A stretch of 64,000 bases of DNA. Source: the human T2T-CHM13v2.0 reference genome, Homo sapiens. Where the stretch lies: NCBI RefSeq assembly GCF_009914755.1, contig NC_060936.1; one strand, written 5' to 3'. Shown here piece by piece: positions 46,089-60,900 of this stretch; position 1 is the first letter of the stretch, and each line of letters begins with the position of its first letter. The position numbers and the translations under genes are program-made. The notes below the pieces were generated by a model. That model made no database searches and was not told the DNA's origin. It was given only the letters and a program-made list of their open reading frames with translations.

Positions 46089-46630
46089 TAGTTTTAAAGC
46101 ATGTCTGCAAATTCTTTGACACTTCCTACAAAAGGTAAAGTCTAATGCCCCTCCCTTCGAATATGAGCCGACTCTAATGACAGGCTTCTAATTAAGAGAA
46201 TGTAGTGGAAATGACACTTCACAACTTCTGAAGCCAGGCTAGAAAAGGTGATACAACTTCTACCTGGCATGCTCTCATAACATGTGCTTTGGGAACCCAT
46301 GTGTGAGAATTCCAGCTACCCTGAAGCTACTGGGCTGCAGAGACTACGTGGAAAGGCCACATAGCGAGATGGAGAGATGCCTCAGAGGCCCAGCTACTGG
46401 AGTCTTCCCAGCATCAACCACCACCACAAGTGTGGAGATTTTCCAGTGACTCTTACCCTCCACTTTCAAGTCTTCTAGGTCAGGTCCCAGACATTGTGGA
46501 GCAGAGATAAGCCTTCCCTGCTGAATCCTGTTCAAATTCCTGATACACAAGAATCTGTGAGCATAATGAAAGGTTGTTTTGTGCCACTAAGTTTAGGGAC
46601 TAATTTGTTGCACAATCATTATAACTAGAG
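46089..46630 (+). mobile_element. MLT1G/H-like MaLR LTR (its first bases TGTGGTA at 45544-45550 are separated by the MER44-like insertion)
   Basis: CAAATTCTTTGACACT...TGCCACTAAGTTT...AATTTGTT. Confidence 0.68.
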
Positions 46631-46967
46631 AAAGCTTGCTAGAAGATAAGGCAGAAAGAATTGGTTGCTTCCCAATCAATGAAGGCCTTGAAGTTTGAGT
46701 TTTACTTGGGAGTAATGGGGAGCCACTGATGGTTTTTGAGTAGGTATGTGACATGACACATGATGAGAGGAGGAAGAGAGCAAGATATGGAGTCCATGAT
46801 TCAGGGAAGTGGTATGGAAGCAGAAACATCGGTCTCTGTGGCTTTCTCTCATCTCCTTGAGAAATCCTGAGAAATATGAAAACAGAAGCATGGTGGGCAG
46901 GAATATCTAAGATATACCAATGTATAAAACCACTGCTTCAGGACCTGAATATTACACCAAAAGCTAG

Positions 46968-47295
<328 letters not shown>

Positions 47296-47732
47296 TTTTT
47301 TTCCCCTCGTTTTCAATGGGATTAAGAAAAAACTAGATTGGCGAGACTTATACAAAGAGAAATCAACTAAATAATGCGAAATGTATCATCCCTCTTGCTC
47401 TTTAAGTCTGGCTTTTCCCCGCTAGGTACACACTGCCATTTCTCACCTCTTTGAGTTTTGTCATTCTGTCCCCTTACCTAGAACACTCTGACTCCCTTTC
47501 TTCTTCTAGCTAACTCACCCCTCAAGACTCAGCTTTGGGGTAGCTCATTTGTTTATTTATTTACAAAATATTTATGAAGAACCAAATTTTGTACCAGACA
47601 CCACATCAGGCACTAGAAAGACAGCCATGAAGAAGATTACCTATCTGCGCAGAGTCCAGTGGGAGGAAGAGATGTAACCAGATATATAAATGAAACAGTG
47701 ATGGTATCAATTTTATTGGTACAATTTTGTCC

Positions 47733-48040
47733 AGGGCACCCAGGTGCGGTGGCTCACCTTTGTAATCCCAGCACTTTTAAAGGCTTGGGGCAGGAGAATC
47801 ACTTGAGCTCAGCAGTTCGAGACCAGCCTGGGCAACAAAGCAAGAACCTGTCTCTACAAAAATAAAATAAAATAAAATAAATTAGCTGGACACAGTGGCA
47901 TGTACCTGTAGTCCCAGCTACTCAAGAGTCCAAGGCAGGAGGATATTTTGAGCCCAAGAGTTCAAGATTGCAGTGAGCTATGATCGTGCCACTGCACTCC
48001 AGCCTGGGTGACAGAGCAAGACCCTGTCACACACAAAAAA
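47733..48040 (+). mobile_element. Alu (AluJ-like)
   Basis: Alu body. Confidence 0.88.
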
Positions 48041-48484
48041 TGAATCTGGAGTCCCAAGAAAGTGAGTGAAGATCCATCCATCACTTCCCTCCTATTTCAC
48101 TGGCCAGAATCCAGTAAATCCGGTAGTAAGTCAATATCTAACCATAAGGGAGGCTGTGTGACCAGCAGGTAAAGGAAGTAGATAAGTCACTCTCTGGCAC
48201 ATAGTCTACATATGTTCATTTCATTTTACTTTCACAGGATTCCCAATTAGTTAGGCCTGATCATTCTCATTTTATGGACAAGATAATTCAGACTTTGAAA
48301 GGTTAAGCAGCTTGCCTAAAATCCTTCAGCATTTAGATAGTAGTGCTGCAATTCAAACAGAAGGTTGATTTTTTTTTTAATAAATCTACCCTCTTTCCAC
48401 TGCCTGTATGCTATTTTTCCCAACCCTGCTACTATTCCCCAAAAGAAATGTTTATGTTGTTATGTGTCTTTGTAAATAATTATA

Positions 48485-48862
48485 CAGTCATGCATCTCAT
48501 AACTGTTTCAGTCAATAGTGGACAGTATATTTGATGGTGGTCCCATAAGATTACAGTGTAGCTGCCCTAGATACATGTACCATAATTTATCTTTTACACC
48601 ATATTTTTTCTACTTTTTGTATGTTTAGATATGTTTAGACACACAAATACTTGCCATAGTGTTACTACAATTTCCTGCAATATTCAGTATGGTAACGTGC
48701 TGTACAGGTTTGTAGCCTAGAAGCAATAGATTAGACCATATTGCCTAGGTGTGTAGTAGGCTATGCCACCTGGGTTTGCGTAAGCACACTCTGTGATGTT
48801 TGCACAAGGACCTAATGATGCCTTTCTCAGAGTGTATCCTGATCATTAAGCAACCATGACTG
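48485..48862. mobile_element. Tigger3a/MER7-like DNA transposon
   Basis: TA|CAGTCATG...CATGACTG|TA termini; internal GTACAGGTTTGTAGCCTAG. Confidence 0.82.
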
Positions 48863-49308
48863 TAATTGTTTGAAACACTGCTTAATCACCGTACTTTGCA
48901 GAATTCTGGGTAGTCCTAAATGATTCTTCATCTTTCTTGGTTTGCCTGGAGTTTGTTTCAGCTTATCGTGTCTCCAGAAAAACTATGTAGATTTTCCTCA
49001 AGAATCTCTGCGGTCATATAGCTTTTGATTTTCTTTAAAGGGACAGAGATCCCTTTGCAATTTAAGCAGAGAGAAGGGAATATATTTTCTTCTTAATTTT
49101 CACCATTAGCTCTCTGACCCCTCTGACTACCTTGTCTATTTCCTAATTTTCAGGCAAAGCAGAAAGAAAGAAAAAAGGAAAAAGGAAGTTATAGTCAAAG
49201 TTCGTCAGAGTTAATTTCCCTCCTAATCAGTGATTGTCCCTGCCAACTAACTTCCCGCACTCCCAGCCAGTATTTAGAAGTGTGTCTGTAACGTCCTCTT
49301 ACCAATCA

Positions 49309-49700
<392 letters not shown>

Positions 49701-51292
49701 GAAACAAAGATGGATATAAAGAGTTATTGTCTGAAAAAGGTTTTGGGGCAAACACGAGCAAGCATTGCTCACTGCAGGCTCCAATGCACAGGCAGAAGTA
49801 TCTCCTATTCTCGTCACCCATGACCAAGAGGTGTATTTGGGTTAGGGCATAGCTGCATGTGCCTCAGATCTGTACTCCAGAAGAGGAACTCCCATACCTG
49901 TATTTTCCCCTTTTATGGAGCAAGTATGAGAACGACTTTGCCCAAAAGAGACATCGTGGTCTCAGCCATCAGGTAGTCTGAGAATAAGAGGCAGCTATTG
50001 AGGGGAGTGTTGGTAAACACTACCTGCCCAGCATCTGGAGACTTTAGGTGCTCAGGAGAAGTTTAATTTTTGCACAACCCCTCCTGCTAAAAGGAAAAAA
50101 AAAAAACCCTGAAACCCTTGTTAGTCCAAAGTCAGGCAATTAATTTGAGCCTCTGAGTTCAGCCTTCAGACAGTTAAATTGCTTGTATTCATGAGTAGAA
50201 GACATTCCTTGTGCCCAAGGAACAGTCTGAAGTGAGTGACTTTCATGTCCTCCAATAATTACAGGATATGTGTGATACATGCTGTACATTTAAAAGATTT
50301 CCTGAAGTCTGCTTTTTTGCATCTAGTCATGCATAGCAGATTTCATGGGTGAAAACAATGCTTGGGGCCCTACTTTTCTTCATGGAGATGGCAAAAATGC
50401 TTAAAGAGCTAGGTGAACCATGTAAATGAATGAAGTAGGCTACATATAAGAGGGGTGGGCTTGTGGCATTCAAATTCAAAGTCCACCTGTGGGCTGAAAG
50501 CCACTCATTGCAATGCCCTCTACATCAAGCTTATGGTTCAGCTTTGGACTCCTGAAGAAATGGCGCAGAACCATCTATGTAGATTTAGAAAGTGAATTGA
50601 GTTCCTCACCTCATTTGGCAAGAATGGTGAATTTCCCACAGTTCGCAGGTACCTGTGGTTCCAAAGTGAGCTGCCGTTTTTGAAAATTATAAAAGCAACA
50701 CTGAAGCAGTTTAAACCAATCCAGATTTTTAGCTAAGTAGTTCCAATTTTCTTCCTTATCAGTTAAGCTCATATCAGCCTTATTTTTCAACAATGAATTT
50801 GACCTAAATACTGATTTAGGGGCCTGAATCTGTTTTGTTGAGATCACTTGAGAACTTCTTGTACATGTATCTGCTTGGCTACTCCTTTCTCTAGGAAGCC
50901 TACCTGGGGGTCGTCAGTTCTGGATTACATGCTCCTTCTATGTGGCCCCTTGGATTGACTTCTATTTGTCAAGGTATAATTTTCAACAAATTGAAAACAT
51001 GACTTATATGAAACAGAACAAACACGGGCTTAAAAAAATATTTATTTCATCAATTAAAGAGTTAGCCAGTAAAATGGTAAAGTTGGTTTAAGGAATATTT
51101 GAGAAATAGGGGTTTATATATCCCATCAAGAAATGCATTTTTAAAAATCTTACAATAAGATTACTAGGTTAGACACAAAATTGGTTAATGTCTTATAAGG
51201 TAATAAATAGTAAGCTTTTATCTTTTCTATAGAACAGAAAAGATTTTACTTGTATTAGAAATGGACAAGAATAATTTGCATTGTTATCAATT

Positions 51293-51611
51293 TTTTGGTG
51301 TTTTGTTTTGGGTTTTGGTTTTCGGTTTTTTGACATAGGGTCTCTGTCACCCAGGCTAAACTGAGGTGCCATGATGATAGCTCACTGTAGCCTCGAACTC
51401 CTGGGCTCAAGGGACTCTCCCACTTTAGCTTCCTGATTAGCTGGGACTACAGCCACATGCCACCCTGCCCAGCTAAGTTTTGTATTTTTTTTGTAGATAC
51501 AGGATCTCTCTATGTCGCCCAGGCTGGTCGCCAACTCCTAGCCTCAAGCAACCTGTCCATCTTGGCCTCCCAAAGTGTTGGGATGACAGGCGTGAGCCAC
51601 TACACTGGGCC
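51293..51611 (-). mobile_element. Alu (AluJ-like)
   Basis: Alu body; TSD-like TTGTTATCA(A/G)TTTTT. Confidence 0.85.
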
Positions 51612-53014
51612 CTTGTTATCAGTTTTTGATAAAGTAACATCTGCCTTTACAAAGTTCTGGAATATCTGAACCAATAACGAGTAGTAAGTCCAACAAAGGT
51701 ACACAGTCCTAGATAATGCATGAATCCTTGTACGAGTCTGCTACTACACTGCACTACACAGCACCCTACTAAAAGGACATCCAGTAATCCCTTTTGCCTA
51801 TTTCCAAGTCTTTGGATAACGTTTGGATAATTATCCAAGTTTTTGGATCATTGTTCTTAACACAATATAAAGTTATATTATTTTCCTGAATGGATCTGAC
51901 TTACTGGCCTAATGAGTGGAGAATAGTAATCCTCACATTGATATATAAATACTGGGTGATGTGTTAGGCTCATTTGTGAGGTAAATAAATGGCTCCTGTA
52001 CCACCAACTTATTAGATTCAAATTTGCTCCTTGGCAGAATTTTAAATTATCGCATGTCACAGACCTTTAAGTTGCCCAGGACCTGTCGAAACTGTAAATA
52101 TTAAATCATTAAAATAACAAGAGTATAATAATAGTAGTTACAGTTTACTGATCCATACAATGTCGCTGGCACTCTGCTCAACTCTTCATATACATTATTT
52201 CTTTTAATTCTCCCACAGGTTATGGAGTATTTGTTCTAGTCAAAGTTCTTAGTGGCAAATAATACACCTTAGTCTGACTAGACCAGAAGGGTCTTCGTAG
52301 CTCATGGAACTGAGACCAGAGGGTCTTGGTAGCTCATGGAATTAGCTATCGAGTGACTCTAACATATTTTAGACTGAAGAACCAAGCTTGGGAAAGAACT
52401 AAAGGAAGCCAGGCATAGCTAAGAACATGCTAAGGATGCCATAGCTGGTGTCATCAGCATTGGGCACCACCACTGTAGCTCTGTGAATCACCCCTATCTA
52501 CCTGTGGTGGTCAGCATCTGACAGAACATGCGTAGGTCCCATGCCCATGCTACAGCCACCAGGGTCTGGGAAGACAGAATGCCTTTCCAGCTCCAGTAGT
52601 AAAGTATTAATGGGATTAGCATATCATCCCCTCTCTGGCTTCTATAATAAATGATAACAATTCAAATACCATTCGGAAAGCTGGATCACCAAAATGACAA
52701 ATGGCCCCCACAACATTATTATCCCCATTTTATACCTGTGAGGATAAGGACATATGTATAATGAGTGGTGGAACTTGGCTGTCAACCCTCTGGTCTGTCT
52801 GAACCCAAAGCCCACCCTCTTTCCACCATACCACATTTCCTCATTATATACAATTATTTTGTACCTCAGTTGATTAATTCTTTGAAAATTTTGATCTACG
52901 TAATGCTTGTAACTTTTAAAAAGTCATTTTTTTAAACGTCCACATATCATCACAGAGGTCTTCCTTTAAATAAAGAATTCAGCTTCAGCATTAAAATTAA
53001 ATTTATTTGTATAA

Positions 53015-53351
<337 letters not shown>

Positions 53352-53917
53352 TGATAATATACATGCAGATGTACATGTAACATAAACAATGGCATGGCTT
53401 GGGATCCCTCTGAGGGAATTGGCCAGAAATGTTTCGTGTGTGCATGTGTGCGGGTGAATATATATCTATGTAAACAGCTTCATATTTTTGTATAAAGCTG
53501 CATTCCATTCTTGCTTTCTAGAAGGCACAGCCACCCCAGTATCTGGTCCAGGCACCCTTCTAGAGTAATGGAATGTGATTATAAATACTTTGGGCACTTA
53601 GTTGGTACAGAGCTGGTATGCTTGTTGATATGTTGTTATGGAAATTAGATAATTATGCCAATAGGTAATACTTTGCATGTGACACTGCACGTGTATATGT
53701 GTGTATTTGCGGAGAGAAGCCATGAAGTGAGTTCTTCTGGTTTCTATTCTTGACCTGCCAACTGAGTGAGTCACTGCTGAGTATCCCTTTAGTCAACATA
53801 AACCCTTAGTGCCCTAGTATATGACCTTCCTCTAGAATGCCCAGGAACTCAGGTAAAAGCTACTATTCAGGCATTTGAATGTTCAGAGCTCTCAATTTTT
53901 TTGTCTTCAAAATGTAC

Positions 53918-54276
<359 letters not shown>

Positions 54277-55739
54277 TTATCATCAAAGAAAGGGAAGGTT
54301 TTAGAGGTCAGAGTTTGGGGCAAAAAACATGTTTAAAATGAAAGCAAACTCCATGCACTTTGGCTATCGAAGAATAGGGCTTGAGGAGAAGAACTTAAAA
54401 AGTAAAGATCAATATTCCCCCACCCAGCATTAATAATTTTGACATATCATAGTGAGGGACTTTTTGTAAATCTATTCTTTCATATATTTTACATGAAAAG
54501 CTCCATTTGTTGTCATGGCTTTCTTAAATATGAATAAAAAAGAGATGGGAAATTTGCTTATTGTGCAGTATCAATAGCCTATCTTCACTAAGGTATATTT
54601 AGGAGGACATACAATAATAAGAATAGTTGCATTGTATGGCAGTGTGAAATAGACTAGTAATATATGAATGACATTCTCATTGTAAAAGAAATAAGCTGCT
54701 TGAATGTGTACGGAATAAACCAGGAACTAACTTGCCTAAATAGCCTTCTAAACGGTTGAGATTCTTTTTAGTCCATTTCTATGTATTTCATATACACACA
54801 ATGCATATGTACTGTCTCTAGTGTAAGCTCTCTCTAGCATAAATCGTGTCACCCCATAATCAGTGTTCTGTAACTCATGTTTTCATGTTGAATCGTGTAC
54901 CTAAAAAGTCACATTTCTTAATCCTTCCTTTATGTTTTCTGGAGATTGCATCTTATTTTAGTAGCTCTTCCTCATGCCCATTTGACAATTTCATTTGATT
55001 TTAAAACTGAGGGCCTGTGTTCATCCATGAACACTTTAGAAAAGCAATCATTTAGAAAATGGTTGATTGCCTGCTGGCCTGGAGATGAGCTAAAGAGAGT
55101 GACTGGCTTGGTCAGAGGTCTGAGCCATCACCTGTTTGGCCTCCCATAGGTGTTCCTTTGAGCTTCAACTCTCTTTGGCCCCTCCCACTTCCTGCCCCAA
55201 AGTTGTCTTCACTGCTGGTTCTCACTCTTTCTGCTTCCCAGGGGACAACAGTGGTGCCCAGGTAAGAGGAAGGGGCCCAGGGTGGGGTGTAGGGAGCACT
55301 AAGAATATTTGTCTTTTTAGTATGTGACAGGGTCAGGGACTGGGCAGTGCCTAAATGTGAAGGTACAGGCAATTGAAATGAGAAATAACTGTTAATTTTT
55401 TTACTAATTCAGTTCAGTGGAGTCAAAAGAAAACTGGTTTTGGTGCTTTGGAAAATTGTTCAAGCATCAATTAATAGTCAAAACTGGTCAATTATCTAAA
55501 TCTACCTTATCTTCCAAATCACAGGATATAGAACAAAAAAAAATTGCCTAAAAGGTGTGGTTAATTTTTTTTAATAGACCTTATTTTTAGAGCTCACAGT
55601 AAAATTGAGTAGGAGGTATGCAGTTAATTTTTGAACATTCAGGGCCTAATTCTCTAGTTGGTGTATTAGCCAAATTCATTTTCTTCTTTTTGCTTTCTAT
55701 TGTATTTTCCCCCTCACTGATTTTTGGCCCTTTCTGTAG

Positions 55740-56468
<729 letters not shown>

Positions 56469-56720
56469 TAGGCTCTTAAGGAAGACCATGAGGTCAAAGT
56501 GCAGTGAAAATTACTCTTGAAAATTTTTTAATGAGCCATAAGACCTGGGATACACCAAGTTTTTGTCGTTTTTTGTTTGTTTGGGGCTATTTCTTTTCTT
56601 CCAGCATTGAAACAGACATAAGTTTCTTCAAGTGAGCACTGGTTGAAATAATTGATTGGCACTTAGGGGCAGGAAGATAAGCACCTTTAACCACTAGACT
56701 CATATTCTGTGTGGGGAGAT

Positions 56721-56902
56721 CAGGACCAGTTACATAATTTGCCAGGTCCAGTGCAAAATGAAAATGCAAGGCCCCCTTTCAAAAAGCACAGTATTAAGAA
56801 TCTCAACACAACAGCAGCAATGTATTAAACCAAGCACAGGGCTCTTCCAAGGGTGGGGCCTTGTGCAACTGCCCAGACTGCACGAACATGAAGCCAGCCG
56901 TG
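56721..56902 (-). mobile_element. MER45A-like hAT DNA transposon
   Basis: CAGGACCAGTTACATAATTTGC...CCAGTGCAAAATGAAAATGC...CATGAAGCCAGCC. Confidence 0.75.
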
Positions 56903-57612
56903 GGAAAGAAGCTTGGAACATAATGAGAAGCTCAGAAACTCAGATAAACACAGTAAGAGAAGCCTCACAACTCCCATAGAGAGAAATAGGGGACAAGATC
57001 ACTGGAAGTATTTAAATTATTCTCTTGTGTTCCTCATATTCTGTCCTAGATGAGTCCCGTATAGCTAAATTTGCATTACATTAAATCAGTACAATATGCA
57101 ACTCCACTAGAAAAGTTATAAGGCTGAGAGGTTGCAAATCCAACTGTAATTACATTTTTAGATTTTTGTCAATGATTTATTATAATTTAAAACTCAGATT
57201 TCAGATGTGTAAAAAGAAAATGAGTATTTCTATTTCTTCATCGAACAAAAATTTTGATCTGCCCTTAGTCTTTTGCCAAGAGTGATAGACCACATTTAGT
57301 CTACCGTGTAATTTACAGGGAGAAAAAAAAACTGTATTACTGTGAGTTCTCTAAGTGGTTCAAAAAGGTAAGTTAGAAAAACTAGGTGTAATAATATGTC
57401 TTCTTCAAATAAAATGCTAATTATTTTACTTCTAAAGAGGTTGCCTTTTCAGATTTTGTTGTTTTTTTTTTTTCCTCAGAAAGCCATAAACATAACCTGA
57501 GCAGGGAAGATTTTGTGTTATGACTGTCTGAGCCCTCTGAGCAACAATGTGATACAAGGCTCATTTTTGAGGGAACTGCCTTATATTTTACAGCACTCCA
57601 TTTTTTCAAAGT

Positions 57613-57918
<306 letters not shown>

Positions 57919-59199
57919 CAAAGTGCTTTTATACACAAGTCAGGCCAAGGGCAGTTGGTCAGGTAATTCACAGAAGGGTTTTCAGATAGCAAGTTATTTA
58001 ACATTAAAGTAACAGAAGATAGTATTTCCAGCATCTTTTCTTATCTCAGCTTGGTTCTCTGATGTTACAGTTGAACTTGCTTTGACAAAAGCTGCTTTCC
58101 TGGTGGCTTTGAGAGCTACATATCTGAACTTTAAAAGAAGTGTCATGCCTAGGATCAGGCAGCTGGTCACTCCAGTATAAAGGACAACTACCCTGACTCA
58201 TGGTCACCTGCTCCAACTTATGTCATAGCTCAAAACAATACTTAAATCCTTACAAAGCTAACAAAGGAAGTAATGTTGCCATGTGTCATTGTCACAGAAT
58301 TACCAGAAGTTTGGGGGATTTGGGTGTTCATCTTTCTATTGTGGAGTTTTTAGGGTGGTGATGGCAGTTGTGTGGTGGTTGTCATTTGGCAGGAATTGAA
58401 ATTGGAGGCTTCTGTCATTCTGATTACTTATCCAACGAATGACACAAATAAGAGCATGTTTGTAGGGAAGAACTCAGGTGGGGACAGCACCTTCTATTTA
58501 ATCTCTTAACCTGTATTATTAGGTTGTATATTTTAGGAGAAGAGAGGAAAGTGGCAAAAGGAGGCACAGATACAAATTTATACAGATCACCAGCTAAGTT
58601 TGGCCACAGTGGTTTGCCAAAGAATTTCAATAACTAATACTTAGAGTGCTTACTGTGCACCCTGCTAAGCACTTCACATGCTTTATTTCACTTTATCCTC
58701 AAAATAACCCAAGGAAATAGCTATCATTGTTATCCCCAGAGACCAAGATCTCATGGATAGTGAATGTCAGAGCCAGGACTGGAACCATAGAGGAGTCTGT
58801 GTTGTAACCACTGAACAACTGACTTTCTACCCTGCTTTAAAATGTTGCCTGTTGTTTGTTGTTGTTGTTTTTGAACGGTGGTGGCCAATCTGCCTCCACA
58901 ATCCAGACATAATTTCGGCACTAAACAGAAATACTTTAGTCTATACAAACTTCATGTAAGTAGTTCCTGCATGAAACTATTTCCCAAGTAATACAGCACC
59001 GATTTACACCTGGCAGAAGGCATAGTTTTGATGTGAACAGTTGGGGGAAGCTTGTTTCTCTACACCCTCAAGCACGCCCACAGCAGGAGCTGAGCAGCAG
59101 GCCAGACGGCACAGAGCCCTCCTGGGACTGGTTATTTACATTAACCAAGGTGGAAACTTCTCCCGGAGATAGGTGCTGCCAAGAACCCTAGAGGAAGTA

Positions 59200-60900
59200 A
59201 GACGCTTTATCTTTTGCACGCACGCCAAGTCTTCAGAGGGCCTGGATGGGTGTGACTCCAAGGAGCTAATCGTCCCGTGCAGGTGCAAATCTAGACCCGT
59301 GTTTATGTGGAGGTGTAGACGCAACTGGAGATGACCCGGTTAGTGGCTGACGTGCGTGGGAAAGCCCACCAGCAGCGTTGTTGGTTGGGTTGTCTCTGTA
59401 AGTGTGGACAGTGTGTTGGTGGGCACCCAGTTCCGATTGCCCCGTCTAGACAGGGGTGTGCGGGCACTCAATGTTCCACGCGCGGCCGGGAGCTCGCAGT
59501 GTGGTCCACGCCAGTGCGCCTGGAAGCCCAGGGGATCTGTCCGGCACTCCACTGGAGGCTTGGCCCGCGGCTTCGCCCACCTCCCCAGAGCCCCGCTCAG
59601 CCCCCGCTCCCCCCGCTCAGCCCCCGCTCAGCCCCCGCTCAGCCCCCGCTCAGCCCCCGCTCAGCCCCCGCTCAGCCCCCGCTCAGCCCCCGCTCAGCCC
59701 CCGCTCAGCCCCCGCTCCCCCACTCGGCCCCGCCCCCAGTGCCCTGGCAGGCCCCGCCCCCAACGCCGGGCGCTCCCGTCGGCTCGGCGGCCTCAGTTCC
59801 GTAAACACTTCTCACCCCGCCCCCGGCAGCCCGGACCGCACCACTCGCCGCGCGGGGGAACCGTGCCCTCTCGCATCCGAAACACCCTCCCATCCGAGCT
59901 GTTCTCGGCCTCTCTGGTTCAAACTGACGAAGACTGTTTCTCTAATAGGTTCAGTCTGTGAGCGCTCGGCTTTCGGAGACTGAAGGGCCCTGGATCCCCT
60001 TGCCCCGTCGCGCCGTCGTCCCCCCGCTATCCGGTTTTGTGATGGCCGCGCCGTGGCTGCCTCCCTAGAGTCCCTCAGGGCCCTTTAAATACCGCGTTGG
60101 GGGGGACACTGGGGCTGGGGGGGTTTGTTGGGCTGGTGAGTTTTCGAGGTGACTGTGCTGTGCTCGGTGAGGGGACGCCCAGAGAGCCCTGACCCGGGGT
60201 CACTCCGTCGCCGTTCTCCTCTTGTCTACGTGCTGGACCCGGTGCGTATCCATCACGGGGGAGGCGTTGCCGGCTCGGAGGTGACCGGCCAGGTCCAACG
60301 GAGGGGACACCGCTGCAGCCCGAAGGCTCCCCTGCCCTATCTCGGAACTCCATCCTGGGAAGGCGGGGTCAGGGGCCATCAAGCTCGGCTCCTAGTTCAT
60401 GTCTTCCCACTCCGCGTCCCCTTGTTTGACCTCGAACTGCCGTCCCGCGTGGGAGCGGGGAGCGGGGCACCGAGTGGCCGCCCCGCGTGTCGGGGTGGAC
60501 ACGGACTTCGGGCCTCGGAGGCCGCTTCGCCGCTGTTTAAATCCTGCTGGACAGGTACCAGCGGCATCCCGCCATCAGGGGCCCAGGGCACCCCCTTCCC
60601 CCACACTCCTCGGCCGGGCTGGAGTAGGGAACTGAGCCAGGGTAGAGGCAGGGCGGGCCCGGCAGCGTGTGTTTGGGATTTGTTGCCGTGGTTTCCCCGG
60701 CACTCAGCTCTGCCTCCGCCGTCCCCTCCCCCAAGGGTTTGTTTTGACAGGAAACCTGGTGCTGCTGGAGGGGAGGGGCGGCCAGAGGACGTGGGTGAGG
60801 TCGTGCAGACTGCTGCTGCGTCCCCTTGCCGGGACCTTTGGTTAAGGGGAAGAGGTGGAGAAAAGCCGATTGGGCCTGGGCTCGAACGCTGAACCCTCAG
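59200..60900. promoter_or_regulatory. TCP11L2: CpG island, probable TCP11L2 promoter and non-coding first exon (+ strand, roughly 59790-59957)
   Basis: Dense CpG and GC boxes (GGCCCCGCCCCC twice at ~59726-59761); candidate donors at 59949, 59958 and 60136. The gene name rests on recalled head-to-head synteny with CKAP4; no TCP11L2 coding sequence is in the window. Confidence 0.65.
59591..59717. repeat. 11-bp tandem repeat (CCCCCGCTCAG)n: 9 perfect units plus 3 partial units
   Basis: Perfect units run 59610-59708. Confidence 0.96.

Noticed and set aside
59591-59717. CRISPR-like array
   Set aside because: Head-to-tail repeats with no spacers, no cas genes, and human DNA.
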